The notes under the pieces were generated by a model. It saw only the letters and a program-made list of their open reading frames with translations. It did not search any database and was not told the DNA's origin. The position numbers were made by a program, and so were the translations under genes. Of a DNA stretch of 64,000 bases, positions 1 to 13,509 are shown in pieces. Each line of letters begins with the position of its first letter. Position 1 is the stretch's first letter. Source of the DNA: Octopus vulgaris (Eukaryota); assembly GCA_951406725.2 (NCBI GenBank), contig OX597825.1, positions 24,924,001-24,988,000 on the forward strand, read 5' to 3'.

Positions 1-232
1 TATAGACTGGAATGTGTTTAGAAAGTAGTAGCAGTGATGGTAGTGGCGGCAGCGGCGGCGGTGGTGGTGGTGGTGGTAGCGGAGATGGTGGCAGCAGCAG
101 CAACAGCAGCAGTCCTTGTTTTGATTGTTAACAATTGTGGGCGTTGTTCCCGTTGTTTAACCCAAGGCAAGACCCAATCAAGCAGACCTATGATCAATAA
201 TGTTCCAGCCATAACATCTTATTTTGTATCTA

Positions 233-276
<44 letters not shown>

Positions 277-1020
277 AATAATGAGGGAGATAAATTGAAT
301 ATTAATTTAATTAATATCAATTTAAAACCAGTAGCCTATCACATAAAAAAAATCTGGAAAATCAGAAAAAATTCCAATACATGTGTATATTTAGAGATAA
401 CCACTAGGTGGATAACCAATGTTCTAGAAGAAGATCACATACGATCTAACTATATATATATATATATCAGCGGCTATTATAAATTAGCCAATGTTTAGAT
501 TTTATATTTAAGGTAGTAAGATGTAATTTGAGGGAGATATGGCTGCTTTTTCTAGCAGGTGAAACAACCCCATAGAAGTTCCTTTGTTGGCTGGCTGTCG
601 TTGTTGTGGTGTTGGTGAAGGTGTTGGTGAAGGTGTTGGTGAAGGTGGTGTTTTTTTTAATTAAGAAAACATCAAGGATTTGACACTGGTGTCAAAGCAG
701 AAACGAAAAAAAAATACTTGTATTAAACTAACAGGTGAAACAGTAGCTGTAAGTAGTTAGGGTGTTAGACAGCTGATGCAAAGGTCATGGGTTCAAACAT
801 TGCCACTGACAATTCGGTTTTTATTGCAAGCATCACTGTTATTGTTTATGCCCATTGCTTTTGGTACCAACAAGACCCAAGACAATCCAACTGTACAGAG
901 AACTGTATCAAATGAAACACAAAATATCAAGATATACTTCACTCTAAAAAAGGGGTCATAAGTCCTCCCTAAGCCAAGGGCTTATAAGGTCAGTTCCCCA
1001 GATTCTGTAGTGTACAGGAT

Positions 1021-1234
1021 GGGGTGCAGAAAAGTTCCTGACTTTGGGTAAAAGAAAATACAGGAAGATCTGTTAATTATGATTTTCTTCAGCATATTCC
1101 CCTCTTGGATTCACATGCTTATTGCAGCGGTCCTTCAGTTTTTCTAAGCCCTATAAAAGAACTCAGAAGGTTGGGCCTCCAACCAGGCCTTTCATGATAC
1201 CCTTAGAACCAGGTACTTTTCAGTTACTCACCCC
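1021..1234 (-). mobile_element. mariner-derived MITE (transposase C-terminal remnant between imperfect TIRs)
   Basis: Ends GGGTGCAGAAAAGTTCCTG / CCAGGTACTTTTCAG..CACCC are imperfect inverted repeats; the minus strand reads KAWLEAQPSEFF, like a mariner C-terminus. Confidence 0.6.
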
Positions 1235-1239
1235 ACCCC

Positions 1240-1800
1240 TTAATTTATCGACCACGAAAGGATGAAAGGCAAAGTCAACCTCAGCGAAATTTGAACATAG
1301 CAGCAGACAAAGTACCTATTTCTTTACTACCCACAAGGGGCTAAACACAGAGGGGACAAACTAGGACAAACAAAGGGATTAAGTTGATTACATCGACCCC
1401 AGTGCGTAACTGGTACTTAATTTATCGACCCCAAAAGGATGAAAGGTAAAGTCAACCTTGGCGGAATTTGAACTCAGAACGTAGCGGCAGACAAAATACC
1501 GCTAAGCATTTTGCCCAGCGTGCTAATGTTTCTGCTAGCTCGCCGCCTTCTGCAGCAGACGAAATACCTATTTCTTTACTACCCACAAAGATCTAAACAC
1601 AGAGGGGACAAACTAGGACAAACAAAGGGACTAAGTCGATTACATCGACCCCAGTGTGTAACTGGTACTTAATTTATCGACCACGAAAGGATGAAAGGCA
1701 AAGTCGACCTCGGTGGAGTTTGAACTCAGAATGTAGCGGCAGACGAAATACCGCTAAGCATTTCGCCCAGCGCACGAACGTTTCTGCCAGCTCGCCGCCG
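1240..1800 (-). mobile_element. tandem array of tRNA-derived SINE family B (Meta-like central domain): 2 full copies + 1 partial
   Basis: Minus strand: GGCGGCGAGCTGGCAGAAACG...GAGTTCAAATTCC (B box)...GTCGACTTTGCCTTTCATCCTTTCG...GTAGTAAAGAAATA, repeated. Confidence 0.85.
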
Positions 1801-1929
1801 TACAATTGCGTGTTTGTTACTACCGCTGTTTCTAGTTTGTATTGTTATAACATTGTTACAGTGTATTCTTTATCTATCGTTGACAATATCAACCATACTA
1901 CGATATTGGAGGTGTAAGGACATAACATC

Positions 1930-1942
1930 TGGTGACAAGGAT
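1930..1942 (+). promoter_or_regulatory. primer binding site, probably tRNA-Ser(GCT)
   Basis: TGGTGACAAGGAT lies 2 nt after the LTR end; it equals TGGCGACGAGGAT (complement of the tRNA-Ser-GCT 3' end) with two CpG-type transitions. Confidence 0.7.
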
Positions 1943-3171
1943 TTTTCAAAGCTCACATAAGTTATTTGACAATTTGTGCGTCAAACAAATTGTTAAATCA
2001 TGGAGAACCTATTAGCAGCAGTAATACAGCTTCAAGAGAAGCAACAGGAACAACAACAGAAGTTGCAGAAGCAAATATTACAACAACAATTGAGTTACAG
2101 ACAAGGAAGTCTGAAAATTCAGTTAAGTTCATTTACGCCAGACGGCATGGTGAACTCGATTTCTGAATTCACTCATAATACAGAGAAGGGTATTACATTT
2201 CCTGCAAACTATTAAAGGTATGAGGAAATTTTTAACAAAGATTGCAAGTCATAGCCTGATGAGGAGAAAGTGAGGCTATTACTAAGCAAAGTTGCTCTGG
2301 CCGAGCATGGTGGCTACTGTAACTTTATATTGCCCAAAAAAGTTGAGTGAGATTGATTTCCTAGAAACTATTGAATTACTATCAAAGATCTTTTATGATA
2401 AAAGTTCGTTATTTAACACTCGAATGATATGTTGGAACTTATCAAAAAATCAAGGTGATGACTTTATTACATACGCCGGAGTAGTCAACCGTATGTGTGA
2501 AAACTTTAAACTTCAGGAACTCAATCAGGATATGTTTAAATCCCTTATCTACGTACAAGGCTTTACAGCAACCAAAGATGGAGAAATTTGGGCAAGGATT
2601 CTCTCAAAAATGGAGCAAGTGAACCAAGACTTAACCCTACAGACCATTGTAGAAGAATATCAAACAATGGTAAAACTGAAGCACGATGTGAATTAAATTC
2701 AAGAGAAAGATTCTGCAAAAATACAAATGTGTCAACCCAGGAAGTACAACCAAAAAAGAGGGCCAGGCCCCAATCCATGTTAAAAACCAAAAATGCTATA
2801 GTTATCAGAAACTTGGTCACAAGAGCTCACATTGCAGGACAAGATTACAAGGGTCAAACGCAAAAAGTTATAAAAGTGCTTTCAGCTGAAAGTGAATGTG
2901 ACACAAAAACAAGAGAATTCGTACACAAAAAAATAAATAGTGTAAATATTAAACTACAGTTGGATACAGGTAGTGATATTTCAATCGTAAATGCAGACAC
3001 ATTGAGAAAAAAAGGAAACTGAGGTTACATAAAACAGCGAAGATTGTGCATGTTTTGATGGTTGATAAATTACATTTCATGGGCAAAATGTGTACAGACG
3101 TCACATTTCGAGAAGAAACATGCGAAGCAAAAATATTACTTGTGGAGAATACAATCAATGTTTGGTAGATA

Positions 3172-3445
3172 TTCATCATCATCATCATCATCATCATTTA
3201 ACGTCCGCTTTCCATGCTAGGATGGGTTGGACGATTTGACTGAGGACTGGTGAACCAGATGGCTGCACCAGGCTCCAATCTTGATCTGGCAGAGTTTCTA
3301 AAGTTGGATGCCCTTCCTAACGCCAACCACTCCGAGAGTGTAGTGGATGCTTTTACGTGCCACCAGCACGAGGGCCAGTCAGGCAGTACTGGCAACGGCC
3401 ACAAAAAAAATGGTTTTTTTTTTCTACATGTCACCTGCACACTGG
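3172..3445 (-). mobile_element. 5'-truncated RTE LINE 3' UTR with (GAT)n tail, inserted in the Gypsy pol
   Basis: Same sequence as the 3' UTR attached to the RTE ORF at 45816-46380 (CACTACACTCTCGGAGTGGTTGGCGTTAGGAAGGGCATCC...GGACGTTAAATGATGATG). Confidence 0.8.
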
Positions 3446-3910
3446 CACCTCCCCATAAGTCTCTTCTGCAAAAACATAAATAGTCGTCCTGTTAAAAATA
3501 AGTCATCGAAGGAATTGAAGAGAAAACTGAAAAAGTTGTTTCTTCTAGTACTATCAGAGGACTTAAGCCTATGTAAAAAGACTGAAGCCTGCTTTCAAGT
3601 AAGTGAAAACACAGTGCCTGTATTAAAATCTAACAGAAAAGTACCATTTATGGCAATTTAAATTGTAAATGAAGAGTTGAACAGACAGGAAAAGAGGGAC
3701 ATCATCAAAAAGGTAGATTACTCTAAATAGATGGTGCTTACGGTGTGCATTAAAAGAAAAATAAGATTAGGCTGTGTGGTGATTTCTCTACAGGATTGAA
3801 TGACTGCTTAAAGACATGTCACCATCCACTACCAAATCCAAAGGACATTTTTTGCAAAATTAAATGGTGGAAAAATTTTCTCCAAATTCAATCTGTTTGA
3901 TGCTTATTTA

Positions 3911-4235
3911 GTGGAGGTGCAATGGCCTATTGGTTAGGGCAGCGGACTCGCGGTCAGAGGATCGCAGTTTCAATTCCCAGACTGGGTGTTGTGTGCGTTT
4001 ATTGAGCGAAAACACCTTAAGCTCCATGAGGCTCCTGCAGGGGGTGGTGGCGACCCCTGTTGTACTCTTTCACCCCAACTTTCTCTCACTTTCTCTTCCT
4101 GTTTCTTGAGTAACACTGCGATGGACTGGCGTCCTGTCTACGTGGGGAGAACACATACGCCACAGAAACCGGGAAACCAGGCCCATGAGCCTGGCTAGGC
4201 TTGAAAAGGGCGCATAAATAAAAAATAAATAACAA
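3911..4235 (+). mobile_element. tRNA-derived SINE family C with 14-bp target site duplication
   Basis: tRNA-like head (TGGCCTATTGGTTAGGGCAGCGG...GTTTCAATTCCC), A-rich tail, TSD TTGATGCTTATTTA (3897-3910) / TTGATACTTATTTA (4236-4249) interrupting the Gypsy RT. Confidence 0.8.
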
Positions 4236-4551
4236 TTGATACTTATTTACAGATTAAAGTAAATGACAAATGCTCAAAGTCTCTAACAATAAAGACCCAT
4301 TGAAGATTGTACAGATACACCCGATTAAAGGTTGCACCAGCAATATTTCAGTAAATCATGGATGCTATGTTATCAGATTGTGAATGTGCAATACCTTATT
4401 TGGACAATTTATTGATTAAGTGTAATTCGCATGAACAGCATGTAGAGCATATAAAAGCTGTTTTCAAGAAAATTAAAGAGTACGAGTTTGCTTTGAGTGA
4501 AGAAAAATGAAAATTCTTTTGGCCTCAAATTAAATACTTACTCAGGGCAAA

Positions 4552-4981
4552 TCTATAAATATAAAGCTGAAGTCATGTCTGTGTGTGTGTGGCAGGTTTG
4601 GTAGCCTTCAACTAACACTATCTCCTCCAAGACCTTGCGGCGCAAGTTGACCAAAATTGAGAGTATGATGGAAGAAGGTTTGCTCTTCATTCCGTAGAAG
4701 AAAAAATTCAAATCGGACCATGTTAAAACCAAAAATTATTTACATCAAAAAGGTGATTTTTTCCTATGAAAATCCCTATTTTTTAACAATATTTTGACTG
4801 CTGTGTCGCCATTTTTCTGTGTATTTCAACCAGAAAAATGTTCACTTAAAGAGAATAACAAGCTACATAATATAAAATTTTTACTTTTCTAAAAAGATTA
4901 AAACTATGTCAAAATATTAAAATCTGCCGTTTTAAGTGCAACTAAAAAACAAACCCGAGCAACGCCGGGCTATACTGCTAG
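4552..4981 (+). mobile_element. non-autonomous Helitron inserted in the Gypsy RT
   Basis: 5' TC after host A (TCTATAAATATAAAGCTG); 3' GC-rich hairpin CCCGAGCAACGCCGGG followed by CTAG; no TSD; removing it rejoins the pol segment ...GQ(I)IDKNG. Confidence 0.8.
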
Positions 4982-5792
4982 GAATTGATAAAAATGGTAG
5001 ATGACTTGACCTATCGAAGGCAGACACAATAAAGAATATGCCTGCTCCGACAAATATACCAATACTACAAGTGTGTCTTCGCAAACTGCTACCAAAACTA
5101 CATCCCTAACATGCACAAATTAAGAGCTCCATTGAATGACTTATTAAAAAAGGAGGTAAAGTGGAATTGGTTGGTTAAATACCAAAATGCATTTGAAGAA
5201 AAAAAATTCTAATTGCAGATTTGTCTCTAGTGAATTTATATCGTGAAATGGACATTTTTGTAGCATCTGATGCTTCGGAATATGGAATAGGAGCAGTTTT
5301 GCTACACAAATGTAAAATTGGAAGCACAAAACCAGTGATTCATGTTTCGTGCTTGCTGATAGTGGCAGAGGAAAAATACAGTCAGAGAGAAAAAGAAGCC
5401 TTATCGGTTATCTTTGCTGAGAAAAAATTTCACAGGTTTCTACATGGTAAATTTTTCTGTTACAAACAGATCATCAACCATTGCTATCAATTTGTGGGTC
5501 AAAGAAACGGTTACCTACAAATACAGTGAACCGACTACAATGTTGGGGTATAATATTACTAAATTACAATTTCAAAATGCAGTATATTTCATCGAAAAAA
5601 TTTTTCATGTAGACATTCTACTGAAACTGATTCCCAAAAATATGGAATCACTAGAAGATACTGTGATAACCAAACTGCAGACAGAAAATGAAATAAGTAT
5701 TATGACTAATGTTGTCCAAGAGCTGCTAGTCACTGCACAGGATATAAGAATGAAATCTGTAGGCAACAAGTATATTACAAAAATGAAAGAAG

Positions 5793-5946
5793 CTTGTGGT
5801 TGTGCGGTAAGTAGCTTGCTTACGAACCACATGGTTCTGGGTTCAGTCCCACTGCATGGCACCTTGGGCAAATGTCTTCTACTATAGCCTCAGGCCGACC
5901 AAAGCCTTGTGAGTGGATTTAGTAGACGGAAACCGAAAGAAGCCAG

Positions 5947-6000
<54 letters not shown>

Positions 6001-6140
6001 GTGTGTATGTGTGTGTGTGTGTGTGTGTGTATGTGTCTGTCCCCCCAACATCGCTTGACAACCAATGCTGGTGTGTTTACATCCCCGTAACTTAGCGCTT
6101 CAGCAAAAGAGACCGATAGAATAAGTACTAAGCTTAGAAT
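5793..6140 (+). mobile_element. tRNA-derived SINE family A (internal TA/TG microsatellite)
   Basis: GGTAAGTAGCTTGCTTAC...GGGTTCAGTCCC...CCTTGGGCAA; about 20 copies in the window. Confidence 0.85.
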
Positions 6141-6247
6141 GAAAGGCAAAAGTGAACCTTGATAAAATTTGAACCTAGAGTATAAAAACAGCCAATATGC
6201 CTCTAAGCATTTCGCCTGGTGTGTTAACAATTCTGCAGCTCACTACC

Positions 6248-6304
<57 letters not shown>

Positions 6305-6313
6305 GTAATAATA

Positions 6314-6344
<31 letters not shown>

Positions 6345-6349
6345 TAGTG

Positions 6350-6790
6350 GTTTCAAATTTTGGCACAAGGCCAGAAATTTGTGGAGAAGGGATGAGTCAA
6401 TTGCATTGACTCCAGTGCTTAACTGGTACTTATTTTATCGACCCTTGAAAGAATGAAAGGTAAAGTTAAACCTCACTGGAATTTGAACCCAGAACATAAA
6501 GACTGACAATATGCCACAAAGTATTTTGCCTGGAATGCTAACAATTCTGTCAGCTTGCCACCATGACACTAGTTTAATAATGACAGAATTCTTTTCTACT
6601 CTAGGCACAAGGTTCGAAATTCTGAGTGAGAGAGCCAGTCAATTAGATCAACCCCCAGTGCTTCGGTTGCCGAAAGGATGAAAGGCAAAGTCAACCTTGG
6701 CAGAATTTGAACTCAGAACCTAAAAACAGACGAAATACTGCTAAGCATTTCACCCAGCGTGCAAACGTTTCTGCCAGCTCGCCACCTTAC
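6350..6790 (-). mobile_element. degenerate SINE family B copies next to (TAA)n
   Basis: GAAAGGATGAAAGGCAAAGTCAACC...GAATTTGAACTCAGAAC motifs. Confidence 0.7.
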
Positions 6791-7839
6791 AATAATGACG
6801 AAATTGTTTTACTAAATGCTTCACTATTATTGAAATTAATTGAAATAAAAGTAGAGAGTGCTTTAACAGAAATATGGTGACGAAATGGTTAAGTGGACAT
6901 ATAATGAAATTTGAACCATCTTACTGTATTGCATGGCTACATTTCTCTAATTACCTCACCACAATGGTATTCCAACCACGACCATCCTATCTTTTTGTTT
7001 GTTTTTTAAGAAGAGTGTATCTAGGACTAATCTTTCAAGTGTGTCACATGGCCTTGTTCATTTTCAGGTGAATTTGGCAGCAACCCTTTGTAAAAGGGCC
7101 ACTAAAATAAGCAGAAGCTCTTCCATTAGGACACGTCTCGTTCATTAATACCGATTCTACAGAGTCTGGACAACTATAAAACTATTGACCTCTTCTTTAC
7201 ACTCTTAAATATTTTTTTAAATATTAATTTCAATAAAGTGAAAACCAAGTTCTCTTGTTTTGTTTATTGATCCTTTCCAGTCTTCTATGGAAAGCTTGTC
7301 TGACCATGCAGAAATATTACCTTGCTTGGAAACAGGTAAGGGTTGGCAACAGGGAAGGCTTCCAACTGTACAAAATCTGCCTTAATAAATTCCGTCAGAC
7401 CCATGAAACTTTAGGAATGTGGATGTTAAAACAAGGGGGAAGGAGGAGGCAGAGGAGGAACTTACTACTTTAAACTGCCCAGATGTAAGTGAATACTACA
7501 GATTACTAACAACTCATTCAGCTACCTACTTAGACCGGTACCTGTTTGTTGACCCTAAAAGGGTGAAAGGCAAAAGTTGACCCCAGCAGAATTTGAACTC
7601 AAAATATAGCACAGAGAGTTGGAACAAATACCACAAAGCATTTTGTCCAATGCTCTACCAACTCATACACAGATTTTATAAGCAACACAGAAACGAAATT
7701 AACCCTTTAGCATTCATATTGTTCTATCAAAGCAGAAATAATAAGTTCAAATTAATACAGCCCCGTTTTCAGCGTTATACAACAGAATAAAATCTACATT
7801 AATCCTTCAACATTCAGATTATTGAGTGTAATGTTTATT

Positions 7840-8222
7840 TACTCTTTTACTTGTTTCAGTCATCTGACTGCAGCCATGCTGGAGCACCACCTTTAGGCAA
7901 ACAAATCGACCCCAGGACTTATTCTATCAGCCTCTTTTGCCGAACAGCTAAGTTACAGGGACGTAAACACACCACCATCAGTTGTCAAGCGATGCTGTGG
8001 GGGACAAACACAGACACACAAACACATACATACATATATACATACATATATATATATACGACAGGCTTCTTTCAGTTTCCATCTACCAAATCCACTCACA
8101 AGGCTTTGGTGGCCCAAGGCTATAGTAAAAAGACACTTGCTCAAGGTGCCATGCAGTAGGACTGAACCTGGACCCATGTGGTTGGAAAGCAAGCTACTTA
8201 CCACACAGCCACTCCTGTGCCT
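7840..8222 (-). mobile_element. SINE family A
   Basis: Reverse complement of the family A consensus with (AGTAAAAG) tail. Confidence 0.85.
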
Positions 8223-8419
8223 ATATTGTTTTTAATTAATCATGTATTATCTTGCAGCTTTGAAATTTTTATGATACAATTGTATATTTTCAGAATGATA
8301 TTGAAGGGTAGGTGTGATAGGCTGATATGGCCATAAAACAGAATATTTTGCTCACATGTGACTGGTTTCAATGCTAAAAGGCTAAACTGTGTACACAAGA
8401 AATTACTACATACACAAAC

Positions 8420-8864
8420 CCATGCCGGTGGCATGTAGAAAGCACCCACTACACTCTCGGAGTGGTTGGCATTTGGAAGGGCATCCAGCTGTAGAAACCT
8501 TGCCAGATCAGATTGGAGCCTGGTACTGCCTCCTGGCTTGCCAGTCTCCAGTCAAACCGTCCAACCCATGCCAGCATGGAAAACGGACATTAAATGATGA
8601 TGATCATTATGATAATGACAAAATATTAATTACCAGAAATAATGAAGTAATTAACCAACATAGTTATTACTTTCAAATTTTGACACAAGGCCAGCAACTT
8701 CAGGTGAGGGTGAATCTATTACATCGACCCCGGAGCTCAGCAGTTGCTTATTTTCTCAACCTTGAAAGGATGTAAAGTAAATGTAGACCTCAGGACATAC
8801 AGACAGATGAAATGTAGCTAAGAATTTTGCCCAGTGGGCTAATGACTCTGACAGTTAGCTGCCT

Positions 8865-8901
<37 letters not shown>

Positions 8902-9315
8902 TACTTATACAATAAAAAAATTAAAAAAACCAAAATCAAATCAAATCTGATCAAAATGGAAATTGTAATTGTGGTCGATGCCAGTGCCGCCTAACTGGCA
9001 CCTGTGCAGGTGGCATGTAAAAAGCACCATTCACATGTGGGTTGATGCCAGTGCTGCCTGACTGGCTCCCAGTGTAGGTGACACGTAAAAAACACCATTC
9101 AGACGTGATCGATGCCAGTACCCCCACCGACTGGTTCCCATGGCGGTGGTACATAAAATGCACCCGCTACACTTTCGGAGTGGTTGCCATTAGGAAGGGC
9201 ATCCAGCTGTAGAAACCTTGCCAGATCAGATTGGAGCCTGATACAGCCTCCTGGCTTGCCAGTCCCCAAGACAAACTGTCCAACCCATGACAGCATGGAA
9301 AGCAGACACTGAACG

Positions 9316-9345
<30 letters not shown>
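8420..9345 (+). mobile_element. two RTE 3'-UTR fragments (8420-8605, ~8945-9345) separated by a SINE B relic
   Basis: GGAGTGGTTGGC..TAGGAAGGGCATCCAGCTGTAGAAAC core and (GAT)n tails; tandem subrepeats in the second copy. Confidence 0.75.
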
Positions 9346-9348
<3 letters not shown>

Positions 9349-10294
9349 GTGCGGTAGAAGTAATGTTCTTTTGTATTTGAGTTTTCTAGTTTCTAAGTGA
9401 GTTCCTTTTATTATTTCCTAAAACTTCTGTGATTATTTTTTTCATTAGTTTATTATTCGTTTAAGTAATGCAATAAATTTGTGTTCGATAAAAAAAATTA
9501 CTTAATAAACATTTATATACTATAAAAGATATTAAATGCAAAAAGGGTATTATTTCTACGATGCCCGGTATATTTAGAGCGTGCAGGTTTTTGTCACAGA
9601 AAAAAATAATTTGCTTCATACCATAAGATTTTTTTATACACAAAATTAGGAGTAATATTGTACATAAAACTTATTTATAACATAAATTTGCAAAATCCAG
9701 AAAAACCCATAAGGATTATAAGCCTGGCACCAGTATGACTGTAATGAAAGTAGAGATAAGTGCCCTGCTTAAGCACACTGTGACAGGATATCATGTTGTC
9801 ATGTGACCCATGTGACTGCTTTAAATCACTCACAGCAAGTATTGTTATTTTGGTATACATGTGTGCATGCATGTACAGACACATACACACACACATACAC
9901 ATGCACGCACGCACACAGATATGCACAAACACTGACACTCACACACATCTGGACACATACATGTACACACAAAGTATTGTTTATATATATATTTTCTTGT
10001 ACAAACACACACATCTATGCATACACACATACACAGATATATATATATATATATATATATATCTTTGCACACATACTCACACACACACACTAAGGAAAAT
10101 TTACAAATATATCCATATACATATTTCCATACACATCCATAAACACATACACACATGCATGGGCATATCTGTACACAAAGGTGGATACACTATGACCTAC
10201 AAATACACACACACACACACACATACAAACACAACATACACAGACATATTCATAATTACATATATACACTAAAAACACATCTGAAAGTACATTC

Positions 10295-11450
10295 TGTTAC
10301 AAAGGTAAAGGTGATACTTTAGATAGAAATAACTACAGGGGTATCAAACTGCTGAATCAGGCGATGAAGGTCGTGGAGAGGGTCATAGCCCAACTAATTA
10401 GGGGGAGAGTCTGCTTAGATGAGATGCAGTTCAGTTTTGTGCCAAGTAGAAGTACCTCTGATGCTATATTCCTGGTGCGGCAACAACAGGAGAGATACCT
10501 AGCCAAAGATAAACCCCTATACTTGGCTTTTGTTGACATGGGGAAAGCCTTTGACAGGGACCCCAAATCCCTTATTTGGTGGGAAATGTGGAAACTGGAG
10601 ATTGATGAGTGGTAAATAAGAGCTGTATAGGCCCTGTACAGGGATGCCATTAGTAAGGTAAGGGTCAGCAATGAATATAGTGAAGAATTGCAGGTAGATG
10701 TAGGGGTTCACCAAGGATCAGCCCTCAGCCCCCTTTTATAGACTTCCAAGCAATAACAGAGCTCCTCTCTGCTGATGACCTTGCTTTCACAGCGAAATCA
10801 CTACCAGAACTAGAGCAGAAATTTCAGGTGTGGAAGCAAGGTTTAGAATTGAAGAGCTTTAGAGTCAACGTTGCAAAAACTAAATTCCAAGTAAGTAGGA
10901 AGGCAAACACATCACAAATTCCTTCATGTAGATGGCCCTGCATGATCTGTAGAAAAGGTATAGATAGAAACTCCATAAGAAGTACCCGGTGTAAGCTATG
11001 GACGCATAAGAGGTGCAGCAACATCAAAGGAGAGATGCATAGGGGCAATAAACACCGCAGATGCACAGAAAACTGATTCCATCACATGCCAGAGGGGAGA
11101 AACTAGAAGTAGTTGATAGCTTCCTCTACCTAGATGACCAAGTCTGTAGTGGCGGGTGGATGCTCAGAGAGCGTTGCCACTAGAATAAGAATAGCCTGGG
11201 CAAAGTTCAGAAAGCTCCTACCTCTACTGGTGACAAAGGGCCTCTCACTCAGAGTGAAAAGTAGATTGTATGATGCATGTGTGCAAACTGCCATGCTTCA
11301 TGGCAGTGAAACACAGGCTGTGATTGCTGAAGACAGGCGTAGGTTCAAAAGAAATGAAGCTAGTATGATCCACTGGATATGTAATGTGAGTGTGCACACA
11401 TGACAGAGTGCAAGCACCCAGAGAGAAATGCTGGACATAAGAAGCATCAG
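10295..11450 (+). pseudogene. RTE-clade LINE reverse transcriptase fragment
   Basis: KGKGDTLDRNNYRGIKLL, FVDMGKAFDR, GVHQGSALSP, ADDLA, a PHD-like Cys/His cluster, AMLHGSET; frameshifts and stops. Confidence 0.92.
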
Positions 11451-11852
11451 ATATAAATAAATATATATATATATATAAAATAAGTGATATAGGTATCCAC
11501 TTCATACGGTTCAATTGTTTAGTGCTCTATACAGCTCAACCGATTAGTGCTTTATATGTTTATAAATTTTTATATGTATATGAATTTTTATATATTTATA
11601 ACTTTTCATGTATATGTATGTATTTATAAATTCTTAGAAATTTTTTATATGTCATATGGTTGAATGCATCTATCTATGTACTTTGTATACCATGGAGAAT
11701 TTCGTTAATATGGATTGAATGAATATATACATCGGCCTTTGAATTTGTTTTCTCCAGTCCTTAATTTTATATATATATACACACACATAAATATATATAC
11801 ATAAATATATATACACATAAATATATATATGTATATACATACATAAATATAA

Positions 11853-11892
<40 letters not shown>

Positions 11893-12174
11893 AATAAGTA
11901 TATATATATATTTAGATATAAATATATATAAATATAAATAAATAAATATATATACATAAATATAAATAAATATATATATACATAAATATAAATAAATAAA
12001 TATATATATAAATATAAATAAATATATTTTGGAGATGTATCTGCATAGCAAGTGACCTGATTTGAGATCGTATGCTGGAACGAAAACAATTGCAGCATGG
12101 AATGTGTTTATAAGTCATTTAAGAAACACACAGAAACCATTAGATTCACTTCAACATTTACATTTAATTTACCA

Positions 12175-12600
12175 GGTGCTCATGAACAACGGATTTTGAC
12201 AGGTTGAGGCTTTCTGCCAATTCTCGGGTTGTGCAATGTGGGTTATTCTCAATTAATGACTTGATTTGGTCATCATCTGTAGTGGATGGTCTTCCAGATC
12301 GCTCTTTATCAATAAGGCTACAATCTCCAGCTCGGAACCTTGCGAACCAATTCCATACAGTTCTTTCGGATATAGAAACATCACCGTAAACTGTGCATCA
12401 CATTTGTCCAGCTACTTTTAAACTTTTTGGTTCACTCATACACACTTCTACAGTTGTAGCGCACTGTCCCTGTATTGTGCTAAAAGCCTCCAGTGAATTT
12501 TAGCACCTGACATATTTTTTGACCAGAGAAATTGGATCACTGTTCTTTGTTCTTCTTTGGTGCACAATGCTAGTGGTGTGGCTATGCTTACACTGTGAAG
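12175..12600 (-). mobile_element. two abutting mariner transposase N-terminal (HTH) fragments
   Basis: Minus strand: EEQRTVIQFLWSKNMSGAKIH (12600-12405) and VYGDVSISERTVWNWFARFRAGDCSLIDKERSGRP...TTRELAESL (12400-12175). Confidence 0.8.
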
Positions 12601-12766
12601 CCAGAAAGGAAAATGGAATGATCAGGCTCAAATTTCGATCACATGACCACAATATTACCAACTATAAAAATGCATGCGGAGAAGGCTGTGTGACAATAAT
12701 AAAGATATGTAATGATAATAAGATATGTAATAATATGTAAGATATGTAATAATAAAGATAAAGTAA

Positions 12767-13180
12767 GGCGGCAGGCTGGCAGAAACGTTAGCACGCCGGA
12801 CAAAATGCTCACAAGTATTTCGTCTGCCGCTACGTTCTGAGTTCAAATTCCGCTGAGGTCAACTTTGCTTTTCATCCTTTCGGGGTCAATTGAATAAGTA
12901 CCAGTTACACACTGGGGTTGATATAATCGATTTAATCCGTTTGTCTGTCCTCGTTTGTCCTCTCTGTGTTTAGCCCCTTGTGGGTAATAAAAAAATAGGT
13001 ATTTCATCTGCCATTACGTTCTGAGTTCAAATTCCGCCGAGGTCGACTTTGCCTTTCATCCTTTCAGGGTTGATAAATTAAGTACCAGTTACGCACTGAG
13101 TTCGATGTAATCGACTTAATCCCTTTGTCTGTCCTTGTTTGTCCCCTCTATGTTTAGCCCCTTGTGGGCAATAAAGAAAT
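12767..13180 (+). mobile_element. SINE family B tandem dimer
   Basis: Full copy followed by a head-truncated copy joined at AAATAG|GTATTTC. Confidence 0.85.
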
Positions 13181-13509
13181 AACTATAATAAAGATATGTT
13201 ATGGCAAAAATGCGGATAATTTTTGACTTCCCCTCATCCATATATGTTAAGGCATGTGACTTAGCAATTAGGACTAACTGGTTAGACATGTGACTTAATG
13301 ATTAGGCTATTTGAATCATGACTGTAAGATCATGAGGTTGATTGCCAGTGAAACATTGTGTCCTTGAGCAAGACACTTCATTTTACGCTGCCCTAGTCCA
13401 CTCAGCTGGTGAAAGGGAGTTGTAGTGTTTAGTAAAGTAAGTTCAAAGTGCAACTACAGCTATCGCCTTCAATCTAGAATAGCATAGGTTGGCAGGTCAG
13501 CTTATTAGA

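Larger units (their letters stand above)
1801..5790 (+). mobile_element. degenerate Ty3/Gypsy LTR retrotransposon (5' LTR end, PBS, gag, protease, RT, RNase H), integrase and 3' LTR missing
   Basis: LTR-like end ...CATAACA at 1927; gag-like ORFs 2000-2696; protease LQLDTGSDISIV (~2955); RT motifs RKVPF, RLCGDFSTGLN, APAIFQ, YLDN; RNase H DASEYGIGAVL and YSQREKEAL; many stops and frameshifts. Confidence 0.92.

Noticed and set aside
790-944. Minus-strand acceptor CCCCTTTTTTAG followed by a short hydrophobic frame
   Set aside because: No donor or homology; runs into a degenerate tRNA-like repeat
3911-3985. tRNA-like sequences (also heads of SINE A/B and ~740-810)
   Set aside because: These are SINE heads with degenerate cloverleaves and attached bodies, not tRNA genes
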